Positions 27,195 through 37,419 of a stretch of DNA of 64,000 bases are shown here, in pieces (position 1 is the stretch's first letter; every line of letters starts with the position of its first letter). The notes below the pieces were generated by a model that made no database searches, was not told the DNA's origin, and was given only the letters and a program-made list of their open reading frames with translations. The stretch is from Desulfatiglandales bacterium (lineage in GTDB: Bacteria; Desulfobacterota; DSM-4660; Desulfatiglandales; Desulfatiglandaceae). Both the position numbers and the translations under genes were made by a program. The DNA lies in the NCBI GenBank assembly GCA_963662465.1, contig OY759599.1, positions 160,001 through 224,000 on the forward strand. The letters are read 5' to 3'.

Positions 27195-29898
27195 GTGTGT
27201 TAGGCGTTTAAGCGTTCCCAATGTTTATGAATATGGGAGAAGGGTGAGCCTTTTCGTTCTTCAAAGCCTACTGGTTTTGATGGTCTTCTGTTTTGGGGTT
27301 TTCGATGCCTCGGCCCAGGAGAAGAAAGGAACCATTGGGATTTTGCCTTTTGAGATCAATGCACCGAAATCTTTTCAACATCTTCGGGAAGGATTGCAGA
27401 AAATGATCTCTTTTCGGATGGAACAAAACGGCTTTAACGTTGTCCCCCCCGAGACCATCAACCAAGACCCCATGGTTTTTTCAAAAGTGCTTCAAAATAC
27501 GGTGCTGGTTCGCCTGGGAAATCGGCTCAAGGCGGGGTGGATAGTGAAAGGCAGCATGACCCAGATCGGCGATAAGGGGAGTATTGACCTGAAAGTCGTT
27601 GATGTTTCGGGGAAGAAAATGCCTTTTTTTATTTTTCAGGTGGTCGAGGATATGGACGAGGTCCCCGAGTCGGTGAAGCGACTGGCATTGAGTCTTGAAG
27701 ATCGGATAACCGGTGTTCCCCAGGTGGATTCCATCCATGTGACGGGCAACCGGCGAATTGAAAAGGCAGCGGTGCTGGCCGTTGTGGGAACGCAGCCCGG
27801 GGACAGGATGGACCTTGATAAACTGGACAAGGATCTTCGCGATATTTACAAAATGGGCTTTTTCAAGGATGTCGCCATGGACGTGTCGGATGGTCCGGCG
27901 GGCAAGGTCATTACCTTCAATGTCGTTGAAAAGCCATCCGTAGGCAAGATCGTGTTCGTGGGAAATGATGAGGTGGATGACGAGGATCTGCAAAAAGAGC
28001 TGGGGATCAATCTCTATTCCATTTTGGATCTTAATACCATCAAGCAAAGCGTTAATCGCCTCAGGGACTTTTACAAGGAAAAGGGGTACTACAATGCCGA
28101 GATAACGGAAACGACGGAAACCCTTCCCAACAACGAGGTCCTTCTGAAATACGATGTCAAGGAACATGACAAGGTTTATATCCTGAAGATCGAATTCATG
28201 GGGAATAAAGCCTATGATAGCGATGATCTCAGGGACATCATGGAAACCAGTGAAAAATGGTTTCTTTCCTGGATCACCAAAGCAGGTATCCTGGATAAGA
28301 AAAAATTGGAGTTTGATGCCCATAAGATTACCAGCTTTTATCATAATCATGGTTACATCAAGGCCAGGGTAGGGGAACCGAAAGTCTATTATGACGACGA
28401 CATAAAAGGATTGGTGGTTTCTATTGAGATCAATGAAGGCGAGTGTTATGGGGTTGATAAGGTTAATGTCGCTGGGGATCTGATCGAGCCCGCCGATGTT
28501 CTTTTAAAAAAGGTCAACATCGGCAAGGAGAAGATTTTCAACCGGGAGACCGTTCGAAAAGACATGATCAGTTTGCAGGATGTATATGCCGATCAAGGCT
28601 ATGCTTACGCGGAGATCAAGCCAATCATCAATGAAGATGATGAAAAGCATATGGCCGATGTCACATATGATATCTCAAAAGGTCCCAAGGTCCGTTTTGA
28701 GCGGATCACCATTTCCGGAAACGAGCATTCGAGAGACAAGGTTATCCGGCGCGAGTTGAAGGTTATGGAGGGCGACTATTTCAGCGGAAAGGGCCTGAAG
28801 CGAAGCACTGAAAACCTCAAACGGCTCGGTTTTTTCGAGGATGTTCAGCTTCATACCAAAAAGGGCAGTCGCGACGACCTGATGGATTTGAATGTGGATG
28901 TGAAAGAGAAGGGCACGCGGACATTCAGTGTGGGCGCTGGATACAGTTCGGCCTATTCGGCATTCGTGACTTTTCAGGTTTCCGACGAAAACTTCATGGG
29001 ATATGGGCAACGGTTGAGCGCGTCGGCCAGAATCGGCGGGAAAAATACGGAATACGATATTCGCTTTCTGGAACCCTGGCTCTTTGATACGCGTCTGTCC
29101 TTTGGGGCTGATCTGTACAAGTGGACCCAGGAATACACGGACTATACCCGGGCCAGTTATGGCACTCGGATTTCCCTCGGGGCGCCGCTCTATTTCGACT
29201 ATACCCGTGGAACCCTCATGTACGGCTATGACAACGCCGATATCAGCGATGTTTCCTCCTCGGCATCTCAAACACTCTTGGATATGACCGGCAACAATGT
29301 GACCAGCAGTCTGACATTCCTGGTGAACCGGGACAGCCGGGATCGAACCTTTAATACGAGCCGGGGGTCCATCAACGAGGGATCCGTTCAGTATGCTGGG
29401 GGGATCCTCGCAGGCGATGAGCAGTTTACCAAGTATCGTTTGAGAACGGCGTGGTTTTTCCCCATGTTCTGGGACACGGTTTTTATGGTGCAGGGTCGAT
29501 GGGGTTATATTGAGGACCGGGGCAAACTTTCCGTTTATCAGAAGTTTTTTCTGGGCGGCATTAACACGGTTCGTGGCTATGATTATCAGACCATTTCCCC
29601 CGTCGATCCGGATACCGGCGATTATATCGGCGGTGAAAAGATGATGTGTTATAATGTGGAATACAGCTTTCCATTACTCACGGAACAGGGTGTGGTCGGG
29701 GTCGTGTTTTTTGATGCCGGTAATGTCTGGACATCCGCTGAAAATTATAATTTCAGTGGTCTCAAAAAATCGGTAGGGGGCGGAGTGCGATGGTATTCGC
29801 CGTTGGGTCCCCTTCGTCTGGAATATGGGTGGAAACTTGATAAGATGGAGGATGAGGGGGCGGGAAAATGGGAATTCAGTATGGGCGGTGTTATGTAA
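27178..29898 (+). CDS. bamA: Outer membrane protein assembly factor with an extra N-terminal domain (start uncertain)
   Basis: POTRA repeats, VRGY motif, WYSPLGPLRLEYG. Confidence 0.95.
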   Translation: MVEFARCVRRLSVPNVYEYGRRVSLFVLQSLLVLMVFCFGVFDASAQEKKGTIGILPFEINAPKSFQHLREGLQKMISFRMEQNGFNVVPPETINQDPMVFSKVLQNTVLVRLGNRLKAGWIVKGSMTQIGDKGSIDLKVVDVSGKKMPFFIFQVVEDMDEVPESVKRLALSLEDRITGVPQVDSIHVTGNRRIEKAAVLAVVGTQPGDRMDLDKLDKDLRDIYKMGFFKDVAMDVSDGPAGKVITFNVVEKPSVGKIVFVGNDEVDDEDLQKELGINLYSILDLNTIKQSVNRLRDFYKEKGYYNAEITETTETLPNNEVLLKYDVKEHDKVYILKIEFMGNKAYDSDDLRDIMETSEKWFLSWITKAGILDKKKLEFDAHKITSFYHNHGYIKARVGEPKVYYDDDIKGLVVSIEINEGECYGVDKVNVAGDLIEPADVLLKKVNIGKEKIFNRETVRKDMISLQDVYADQGYAYAEIKPIINEDDEKHMADVTYDISKGPKVRFERITISGNEHSRDKVIRRELKVMEGDYFSGKGLKRSTENLKRLGFFEDVQLHTKKGSRDDLMDLNVDVKEKGTRTFSVGAGYSSAYSAFVTFQVSDENFMGYGQRLSASARIGGKNTEYDIRFLEPWLFDTRLSFGADLYKWTQEYTDYTRASYGTRISLGAPLYFDYTRGTLMYGYDNADISDVSSSASQTLLDMTGNNVTSSLTFLVNRDSRDRTFNTSRGSINEGSVQYAGGILAGDEQFTKYRLRTAWFFPMFWDTVFMVQGRWGYIEDRGKLSVYQKFFLGGINTVRGYDYQTISPVDPDTGDYIGGEKMMCYNVEYSFPLLTEQGVVGVVFFDAGNVWTSAENYNFSGLKKSVGGGVRWYSPLGPLRLEYGWKLDKMEDEGAGKWEFSMGGVM

Positions 29899-30030
29899 TG
29901 CCTGAACGAAAACCTCGTTCAGGCACGGTTTTAAGTTTTAGGTTTTAAGTAAAAAAACGAAACTATATCAACTAGTTGTAAATGTCTAACGAAAATTGGA
30001 AAACTATATTTAGAGGTTTTCGTTCAGGCA
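29899..30030. mobile_element. MITE-like element
   Basis: Perfect 18-bp terminal inverted repeats TGCCTGAACGAAAACCTC / GAGGTTTTCGTTCAGGCA around an AT-rich non-coding core. Confidence 0.7.
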
Positions 30031-30069
30031 CTAAGTTAAATGCCAAAATATATTATAGGGGGGATTAAA

Positions 30070-30594
30070 ATGAAAAAGTTTTTTTGTGTTTTGTTTTGCG
30101 GAGCGTTTTTGTTTTCCATGCAGTACACGGCGGCTTTGGCCGGGGATGTTAAGATTGGCGTGCTGGATATGAAGCGGCTTCAGCAGCGATCCGCTAATTT
30201 TCAGAAGATTCGGGAAGGGTTAAAGCAAACGTATAACGGGTTCCAAAAGAAGCTGGATGCCGAGAGAGAGCAAATCCAAAAGTTGGAAAAAGAGTTGCAG
30301 AAGCAGAGTATGATGCTGAGTCTTGACGCCAAGGAAGACAAGGAAATGGAGTTAGGGAAGCTGACTCGCCATTACAAATATATGGTGGGCGAAGTCACCC
30401 AGGAAATGAAAGATGCGGAATTCGAGGCTACTCGGAAAGTCGGTAAGGAGATTGAAAAGGTTGTTGAGAAGATCGGCAAAAAGGAAGGTTACACGGTTAT
30501 CCTGGAACAAGGCACCGTCGGGCTTGTCTATTACGATAATGCCATTGATATCACCGCCCAGGTGATCAAGGCCTACGACCAGATGAAGCAATAG
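30070..30594 (+). CDS. skp: OmpH/Skp periplasmic chaperone
   Basis: KIGVLD…GYTVIL…DITAQVIKAYD; located after bamA. Confidence 0.93.
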   Translation: MKKFFCVLFCGAFLFSMQYTAALAGDVKIGVLDMKRLQQRSANFQKIREGLKQTYNGFQKKLDAEREQIQKLEKELQKQSMMLSLDAKEDKEMELGKLTRHYKYMVGEVTQEMKDAEFEATRKVGKEIEKVVEKIGKKEGYTVILEQGTVGLVYYDNAIDITAQVIKAYDQMKQ

Positions 30595-30605
30595 GGGAAG
30601 TTGTC

Positions 30606-31649
30606 GTGGAAATACCTTTAAAAAAAGTGGCCGAAATTGTGGCGGGGGAGTGTATCGGCGATGAAAATTTTACCGTTACGGGCATTAACTCTCTTGATCG
30701 GGCCAGTCCCTCTGAGATCTCTTTTTTTTCGGATCGCAGGTACGCTGAAGGTTTGAAAAAAACACGGGCCGGCGCATTGCTGGTTTCCGAGAAAAATGAG
30801 GTGTTCAAGGGGTTGCAGGTGGTGACCGCTCATGTGGAACTGGCCTATGCCCGGATTGCGGCGATTTTTGCCATGCCGCCCGCCCGATTCCCGGGGGTGA
30901 GTTCCGATGCCGTTGTCTGCAAAAACTGCTCTTTGGGAGAAGATGTGTCAATTTTCCCCATGGTGTATGTGGGCGAAGGGTCTGAAATTGACGATGGGGC
31001 CATTTTGTTTCCGGGGGTTTTTATCGGCGAAAGGGTTAAAATCGGCAAACGGAGTATTTTGTATCCCAATGTGACGGTTTTGCGGGATTGTATCATTGGA
31101 AATGATGTTATTATTCACGCCGGGACCACCATCGGAGGGGATGGGTTCGGTTTTGTAAGAGATGGCGCTGCTTCCGTCAAGATTCCACAGACCGGGATCG
31201 TCCGGATTGACGATCATGTGGAGATCGGCGCCAATAACTGTATTGATCGGGCTGCATTCGGTGAAACCTGGATTAAGCAGGGCGTCAAGACCGACAATCT
31301 GGTGCAGATCGCTCATAACGTGGTCATCGGCGAACATTCTATCATTGTGGCTCAGGCGGGGATCTCCGGGAGTTCCCGTTTGGGGCGGGGTGTGGTCATT
31401 GGGGGCCAGGTGGGGGTAATTGATCATACGGAAATTGGAGACGGGGCCATGGTGGGGTCTCAGTCGGGTGTGGCCAAGACGATTCCCCCCGGCGGCATCG
31501 TTTCCGGATCTCCTGCCATTGATCACCGTCTCTGGCTCAAGTCTGCGGCGATGATGGCCCGGCTGCCGCAATTGGGAGATCGTCTACGGCGCCTTGAGAA
31601 ACAAGTTCGGGAATTGGAAACCCGTCTTGGGGAACAGAGTGAAAAGTGA
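30606..31649 (+). CDS. lpxD: UDP-3-O-acylglucosamine N-acyltransferase
   Basis: GGDGFGF, KIPQTG, IDRAAFG, DNLVQIAHNV. Confidence 0.97.
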   Translation: MEIPLKKVAEIVAGECIGDENFTVTGINSLDRASPSEISFFSDRRYAEGLKKTRAGALLVSEKNEVFKGLQVVTAHVELAYARIAAIFAMPPARFPGVSSDAVVCKNCSLGEDVSIFPMVYVGEGSEIDDGAILFPGVFIGERVKIGKRSILYPNVTVLRDCIIGNDVIIHAGTTIGGDGFGFVRDGAASVKIPQTGIVRIDDHVEIGANNCIDRAAFGETWIKQGVKTDNLVQIAHNVVIGEHSIIVAQAGISGSSRLGRGVVIGGQVGVIDHTEIGDGAMVGSQSGVAKTIPPGGIVSGSPAIDHRLWLKSAAMMARLPQLGDRLRRLEKQVRELETRLGEQSEK

Positions 31650-31685
31650 AGAGTGAAAAGTGAAAGGTAAGGAGTAACAGACCGA

Positions 31686-32132
31686 ATGGAACTTCCTTTG
31701 ACATATACGGAAATTACGAAAATTATTCCCCACCGCTATCCGTTTTTGATGGTGGACAAAATTATTGCGCTTGAGCCTTATAAAAGCGTTGTGGGCATCA
31801 AAAATGTAACGGCCAATGAACCCTTTTTTCAGGGGCATTTTCCGGGTGAACCCATCATGCCGGGTGTCCTCGTCATTGAGGCCATGGCCCAGGTTGGGGG
31901 GATTCTGGCGCGTTTGTCCATCCCCGGCGTCATGGAAAGAGAAGATGCCAATCCCATCCGTTTTGTGGCCATGGACAAGGTGAAATTCAGAAAACCGGTG
32001 ATTCCCGGCGATCAGATTCGATTTGAAATTGAACCCTTGAGAACGGGATCAAAGGTTTGGAAGGTGGCGGGAAAAGCGCTTGTGGAGGGTCAACTGGTGG
32101 CCGAGGCGGTTTTGGTGGCAACCATTGGTTAA
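31686..32132 (+). CDS. fabZ: 3-hydroxyacyl-ACP dehydratase
   Basis: PHRYPFLMVD, NEPFFQGHFP, MPGVLVIEAMAQ. Confidence 0.98.
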   Translation: MELPLTYTEITKIIPHRYPFLMVDKIIALEPYKSVVGIKNVTANEPFFQGHFPGEPIMPGVLVIEAMAQVGGILARLSIPGVMEREDANPIRFVAMDKVKFRKPVIPGDQIRFEIEPLRTGSKVWKVAGKALVEGQLVAEAVLVATIG

Positions 32133-32180
32133 TTGCGGAATGCGGAGTGCGGAATGCGGAATATTTTGGAGGAACAATCC

Positions 32181-32981
32181 ATGAATCAATCTCAGGAAAA
32201 ACGCTCCGCATTCATCCATCCTTTAGCGGTGGTGAGTCCCGGCGCGAAGATCGCTTCCGGGGTTAAGATTGGTCCCTTCAGCAATGTGGGGGATCAGGTA
32301 ACCATTGGTCGGGATACTGAGATCGGCAGTCATGTGGCCATTGAAGGGCACACGCGCATTGGAGAAAGGAACCGGTTTTATCCTTTTTCTTCCATCGGCA
32401 CGCCGCCCCAGGATATCGGCTACGGGAATGAAGATACCCGCCTGATTATGGGGGATGACAATACCGTCAGGGAATATGTTACCATCAATCGGGCCACCAC
32501 CAAAGAGGCATGGGAAACGGTCATTGGGAATCATAATTATTTGATGGCCTATGCCCATGTGGCCCATGACTGCAACCTGTCGGATTGGGTAATCCTGGGT
32601 AATGGCGCTACCCTGGGAGGGCATGTTCATATTGGTGAGTACGCTATCCTGAATGCTTTTCTGGCGGTTCAGCAATTTGTGAGAATCGGCGCCCATGCTT
32701 TTTTAGGCGCTAAAGCGGGAATTGACCGGGATGTTCCCCCCTATATGATAACGGCGGGGCCCCGGGCCAAACTCTATGGCGTCAATCAGAAGGGGCTTTT
32801 AAGAAGGGGTTTTTCCCAGGAAACCATCGATATCCTGAAAAAAGCGTACCGTATTCTGTGGCGGGAAAATAAAAGACTGGATGTGGGTATTTTGCAGGTG
32901 AAACAAGAGTTGGAGATGATCCCCGAATTGGCGGTTCTTCTGGACTTTCTGGGTGGGTCGAAACGGGGGGTGATCAGGTGA
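32181..32981 (+). CDS. lpxA: UDP-N-acetylglucosamine acyltransferase
   Basis: IHPLAVV, PPQD, REYVTINR, HVAHDC, DVPPY; GGAGG RBS before ATG 32181. Confidence 0.97.
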   Translation: MNQSQEKRSAFIHPLAVVSPGAKIASGVKIGPFSNVGDQVTIGRDTEIGSHVAIEGHTRIGERNRFYPFSSIGTPPQDIGYGNEDTRLIMGDDNTVREYVTINRATTKEAWETVIGNHNYLMAYAHVAHDCNLSDWVILGNGATLGGHVHIGEYAILNAFLAVQQFVRIGAHAFLGAKAGIDRDVPPYMITAGPRAKLYGVNQKGLLRRGFSQETIDILKKAYRILWRENKRLDVGILQVKQELEMIPELAVLLDFLGGSKRGVIR

Positions 32982-33793
32982 TGTCGGACCCGGATAAAAC
33001 CATCGGATTGATTGCGGGGGGTGGCCAGTTCCCGCTTCTGGTGGCGGATGCGGCAAGGAAACAGGGAACCCGGGTGATAGCCGTGGCCCATCATGGTGAA
33101 ACGGATGCGGCTTTGGCGGATAGGGTGGATGAGATTGTATGGATCAAACTGGGTCAGTTGGGTCAACTCATCAAGACGTTTAAGAAATTCGGGGTCAGAA
33201 AGGCGCTGATGGCGGGGTCTATCGCCAAGAGAAGGATGTTTGAAATGCGTCCCGATCTTAAAGGACTTGCCATCATGAGCAAACTGGCGATTTTCCATGA
33301 TGATGACATCCTGCGGTCGGTTACGGAGGAATTTGCCAAGGAAGGGGTGGAGATTGTCAGTTCCACCCTTTATCTGCCGGAACTTCTGGCGCCTGAAGGG
33401 TGTTTAACCCAAAGGCGGCCCACCAAGAGTGAATGGACGGATATTCATTTCGGGTGGAAGATTGCCAAAGAATTGGGTCGGCTGGATATTGGGCAGAGTG
33501 TCGTGGTGAGGAAAAAAACGGTTTTGGCGTTGGAGGCCATTGACGGTACGGATGCCACGATTCTTCGTGGGGGAAGCCTGGCAAAAGAAAAGGCCGTTGT
33601 GGTCAAAGTCAGTAAGCCTAAACAGGATCTTCGTTTTGATGTGCCTTGCGTGGGCATGGAAACCATTCGCGTCATGTCGCGGATCAAGGGGGCTGTTCTG
33701 GCGGTTGAGGCCGGCAGGACGCTGATGTTTGACAAGTTGGATATGATAAAGGCCGCGGACAGGGAAAAAATTGCGATTGTTGCCATTGAGTGA
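32978..33793 (+). CDS. lpxI: UDP-2,3-diacylglucosamine diphosphatase
   Basis: IAGGGQFP, LDIGQSVV, EAIDGTD, KPKQDLRFDVP. Confidence 0.93.
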   Translation: MMSDPDKTIGLIAGGGQFPLLVADAARKQGTRVIAVAHHGETDAALADRVDEIVWIKLGQLGQLIKTFKKFGVRKALMAGSIAKRRMFEMRPDLKGLAIMSKLAIFHDDDILRSVTEEFAKEGVEIVSSTLYLPELLAPEGCLTQRRPTKSEWTDIHFGWKIAKELGRLDIGQSVVVRKKTVLALEAIDGTDATILRGGSLAKEKAVVVKVSKPKQDLRFDVPCVGMETIRVMSRIKGAVLAVEAGRTLMFDKLDMIKAADREKIAIVAIE

Positions 33794-33861
33794 AAAGTGA
33801 AAAGTGAAAAGTGAAAGGTGAAAAGTGGACCACTCTTAACTCTTCACTTTTCACTCTTCAC
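33790..33861. repeat. Heptamer tandem repeats in inverted arrangement
   Basis: (GTGAAAR)x5 at 33790-33824, then TCTTAAC/TCTTCAC/TTTTCAC/TCTTCAC at 33834-33861. Confidence 0.9.
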
Positions 33862-33865
33862 TAAC

Positions 33866-34852
33866 ATGGAGACAAGGGTGAAAAAGGATAAGCTTAGAGT
33901 TGCGGTGATCGGTGTGGGGCATCTGGGTGAGTTTCATGTGCAGAAATACAAGGCCTTGCCTGAGGTAGAACTCGTGGGTGTTGTGGACGTGGACCGGGAA
34001 CGCGTCAAAGAGATTGCGGGCCGGTATGGTATTGTGGGCCACGCGACCCATTCAGAGATCCTGACGCAGGTGGATGCCGTGAGTCTGGCGGTGACCACCG
34101 AGATGCATTTTAATGTGGCCAAAGACGTTTTGGCAAACAATGTCCACATGCTCATTGAAAAGCCCATTACCTATGACTTGAAAGAAGCGGATGTGCTGAT
34201 CCATATGGCCCGTGAACGAAATCTGGTGTTGCAGGTGGGGCTCATCGAGCGGTTTAATCCGGCCATCAAAAAGTTGGAACCCCTGCTCAAAAATCCTGTT
34301 TTTTTAGAATCCCACCGCATGAATCTGTTTACGACCCGGGGTCTGGATGTAGATGTGGTGCTTGATTTAATGATTCATGATCTGGATATTATTCTTCACC
34401 TGGTGCGTAGCAAGGTGAAGTCGGTACACGCGGTTGGGATGCCGGTCATCACGGAAAAGACGGATATTGCCAATGTGCGCCTTATTTTTGAGGACGGGAC
34501 CGTGGCCAATCTGACCGCCAGCCGTGTTTCAGGGAAAATGTTGCGAAAAATTCGGGTGTTTCAGCCTGATGCCTACTTTTCCGCCGACTGTGGAAAACGG
34601 CAGCTCACCGCCATTAACCTGGATTCAACGGTGAAAGACGTCAATGATTTTCCTCAAGTCGCCACCACCAAAGTGAAATTTGAGGCGAGCGATCCTCTGG
34701 CCGATGAGATTTCTTCCTTTGTGAACGCCGTCAAAAGTGGTTCCGAGCCGGTGGTGACGGGTGAGGATGGGCGGAATGCCCTGAGCGTTGCCTTGAGTAT
34801 CATTCATCAGATTGAGCGAGGCTGTCAGAATTTCGAGCCCATCTTCACATAA
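33866..34852 (+). CDS. Gfo/Idh/MocA oxidoreductase (GnnA-like, lipid A cluster)
   Basis: VIGVGHLG, EKPI, ERFNPA, DVVLDLMIHDLD, TASRVS. Confidence 0.9.
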   Translation: METRVKKDKLRVAVIGVGHLGEFHVQKYKALPEVELVGVVDVDRERVKEIAGRYGIVGHATHSEILTQVDAVSLAVTTEMHFNVAKDVLANNVHMLIEKPITYDLKEADVLIHMARERNLVLQVGLIERFNPAIKKLEPLLKNPVFLESHRMNLFTTRGLDVDVVLDLMIHDLDIILHLVRSKVKSVHAVGMPVITEKTDIANVRLIFEDGTVANLTASRVSGKMLRKIRVFQPDAYFSADCGKRQLTAINLDSTVKDVNDFPQVATTKVKFEASDPLADEISSFVNAVKSGSEPVVTGEDGRNALSVALSIIHQIERGCQNFEPIFT

Positions 34853-36014
34853 CAGGAATCACAAACTGGTCCTGATGGTGGCGGGAGAGGCTTCCGCTGA
34901 TTTGCACGGCGCAAATCTGGTCCATGCCATGAAACGGTTATGCCCCGGGGCCGTTTTTTGCGGCATTGGGGGAGATCACATGGCGCAGGCGGGGGTCAAC
35001 TGTTTTGTTTCTGCCTCCGATTTGGCCGTGGTGGGCTTAATGGAGGCTTTTGGAAAGTTCCACACCCATGTAAAAGCTGCCAATATTCTGAAATACGTCT
35101 TGAAAATCCACCGTCCCGACCTCCTTATTCTCATCGATTATCCCGGTTTTAACCTCTATATGGCGCGAATCGCCAAGGAACTGAAGGTCCCGGTTCTCTA
35201 TTATATCAGCCCCCAGGTATGGGCATGGCGGCGGGGCAGGGTCAGGAAAATCGCCAAACGGGTGGATCGAATGGCGGTCATCCTGCCCTTTGAGAAACCG
35301 TTTTTCCAGAAAACCGGTTTACAAGTGGACTATGTGGGTCATCCCCTGATGGACGCCTTTGAAAAAAGGATGGAACAGGTGAAACCGGACGCCGCAATCC
35401 GCAATCCGCAATCCGCAATCCGCAATCCCATTGTGGGATTGGTTCCCGGCAGTCGACGGGAAGAAGTTAAAAATCTCCTGCCCGTCATGCTTGATGCCTG
35501 CGAAATACTTAAAACCGAATTCCCCCGTATTCGTTTCATTCTGCCTCTTGCGAAAACCATTTCTCCGGAATGGCTGTTCCCGTTTCTGGAAAACACTGCC
35601 CTCGATATAGAGATTTGCCGTGAAGGCATCTATAGTGCATTAAGCGGGTGTCATCTGGCCCTGGTGACGTCGGGCACCGCCACGTTGGATGCGGCCATCA
35701 TGACCGTTCCCATGGTGGTTCTCTATAAGGCGAAGGCCCTGACGTACCAGGTTGCGAAACGGGTGATCAAGGTGCCCTATCTGGGCTTGGTCAATCTTGT
35801 GGCGGGAGAAAGAGTGGCGCCGGAGTTGCTTCAGGATGAGGCGACCCCCGAAAGGCTGGCCATTACCGGTAAGCGGTTTCTGATGGATGAAGACTTCAGA
35901 CAACAGACCATTCGCAAGCTTCAAGTAGTAAAAGCGAAGCTTGGCAGGGGAGGAGCGTCGGAAAGAACCGCCCGAATCGCCCTTGAGATGATGGGGTGTT
36001 CCGAATTAAGTTGA
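34812..36014 (+). CDS. lpxB: Lipid-A-disaccharide synthase (start uncertain)
   Basis: AGEASADLHG, IDYPGFN, SPQVWAWR, VGHPL, PGSR, SGTATL. Confidence 0.96.
   Translation: MSEAVRISSPSSHNRNHKLVLMVAGEASADLHGANLVHAMKRLCPGAVFCGIGGDHMAQAGVNCFVSASDLAVVGLMEAFGKFHTHVKAANILKYVLKIHRPDLLILIDYPGFNLYMARIAKELKVPVLYYISPQVWAWRRGRVRKIAKRVDRMAVILPFEKPFFQKTGLQVDYVGHPLMDAFEKRMEQVKPDAAIRNPQSAIRNPIVGLVPGSRREEVKNLLPVMLDACEILKTEFPRIRFILPLAKTISPEWLFPFLENTALDIEICREGIYSALSGCHLALVTSGTATLDAAIMTVPMVVLYKAKALTYQVAKRVIKVPYLGLVNLVAGERVAPELLQDEATPERLAITGKRFLMDEDFRQQTIRKLQVVKAKLGRGGASERTARIALEMMGCSELS
35392..35426 (+). repeat. (CCGCAAT)x5 inside lpxB
   Basis: Encodes AAIRNPQSAIRNP. Confidence 0.95.
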
Positions 36015-36026
36015 GAGGCAGACGCA

Positions 36027-37406
36027 ATGGCCAAAACAATCCTTGTGGTCGATGATGAAACCAGTATTTTGCAATCTTTGGAGGGAATCCTTTCCGATGA
36101 GGGCTTTGAGGTTGCCGGCGCTGAGAGTGGCCTTGGGGCATTGGGAAAAATTGAAGAAATGATGCCCGATCTGGTGCTGCTGGATATATGGATGCCGGGG
36201 ATGGACGGGATTGAAACCCTTGAAAAAATAAAGTCCCTCTATCCGAGTCTTCAAGTGATCATGATGTCGGGGCATGGAAACATTGAAACGGCTGTTAAGG
36301 CGACCAAAGTGGGGGCCTACGATTTTATTGAGAAACCCCTGTCATTGGAAAAGCTGCTGTTGTCCATCAGCAACGCATTGGAGCATTCCCGGCTTGAGGA
36401 AGAGGTTTATTTCCTGAAGGACAAGGCCGAAAACAAATATAATATTGTGGGAACCAGCGAGGCCATTACAGCGTTGAAGGAACAGATTCGAATCGTTGCC
36501 CCGACCAATGCCTGGGTCCTCGTTTCAGGGGAGAATGGTACCGGAAAAGAACTGGTCGCCCATACCATTCATCGATTGAGCCGTAGAGCCCGAAAACCCA
36601 TGATTGAGGTAAATTGCGCGGCGATCCCTGAAGATCTCATTGAAAGCGAACTTTTCGGGCATGAAAAGGGGGCCTTTACCGGCGCCTCCACCATGAGAAA
36701 AGGGAAATTTGACTCAGCTCACGAGGGGACGATATTTTTGGACGAAATCGGGGATATGAGCCTCAAGGCCCAGTCCAAGACGCTCCGAATCCTGCAGGAG
36801 CAGAAGTTTGAACGGGTGGGGGGTACAAAGACCATTGAGGTGGATGTCAGGGTAATTGCTGCTACCAACAAAGACCTGGAAACAGAGATTGGAAAAGGGA
36901 CTTTCAGGGAAGATCTCTATTTCCGATTGAATGTGATTCCCATGCGTGTTCCTTCACTGAAGGAGCGTGTGGAAGACATTCCCAGTCTTGTGGATGAATT
37001 TGTGTCGGAATTTACTCTCAGTGCCAAGGTTGATCCCAAGGAGTTCCCCCCCGAGACCCTGGCGTTGCTGCAAAAATATGACTGGCCTGGCAATGTGAGG
37101 GAATTGAAAAATCTCATTGAAAGATTGATGATCATGACGCCGGGGGGCGTCATTCGCAAGGAAGATATCCCGGCGCCCTATAATCGAAGCGCCCAAACGG
37201 TGAGGGCGGGGCTTGAGCCGGGGTTCGGAGTCTTCGCTTACCCTGCCCTGGATTCTCTCAAGGAGGCAAAGGGCGAGTTTGAAAGGGCCTTTATTGAGGA
37301 AAAACTCAATGAGTACAACGGAAATATCTCTCAAACCGCCGAAGCCATCGGCATTGAGCGGAGCAACCTCCACAAAAAAATCAAACAATATAACCTGGGC
37401 CGGTAA
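36027..37406 (+). CDS. Sigma54-type response regulator (NtrX-like)
   Basis: REC (DLVLLDIWMP), GENGTGKE, GAFTGA, WPGNVREL, Fis-type HTH. Confidence 0.92.
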   Translation: MAKTILVVDDETSILQSLEGILSDEGFEVAGAESGLGALGKIEEMMPDLVLLDIWMPGMDGIETLEKIKSLYPSLQVIMMSGHGNIETAVKATKVGAYDFIEKPLSLEKLLLSISNALEHSRLEEEVYFLKDKAENKYNIVGTSEAITALKEQIRIVAPTNAWVLVSGENGTGKELVAHTIHRLSRRARKPMIEVNCAAIPEDLIESELFGHEKGAFTGASTMRKGKFDSAHEGTIFLDEIGDMSLKAQSKTLRILQEQKFERVGGTKTIEVDVRVIAATNKDLETEIGKGTFREDLYFRLNVIPMRVPSLKERVEDIPSLVDEFVSEFTLSAKVDPKEFPPETLALLQKYDWPGNVRELKNLIERLMIMTPGGVIRKEDIPAPYNRSAQTVRAGLEPGFGVFAYPALDSLKEAKGEFERAFIEEKLNEYNGNISQTAEAIGIERSNLHKKIKQYNLGR

Positions 37407-37419
37407 GGGGATATAAGAA

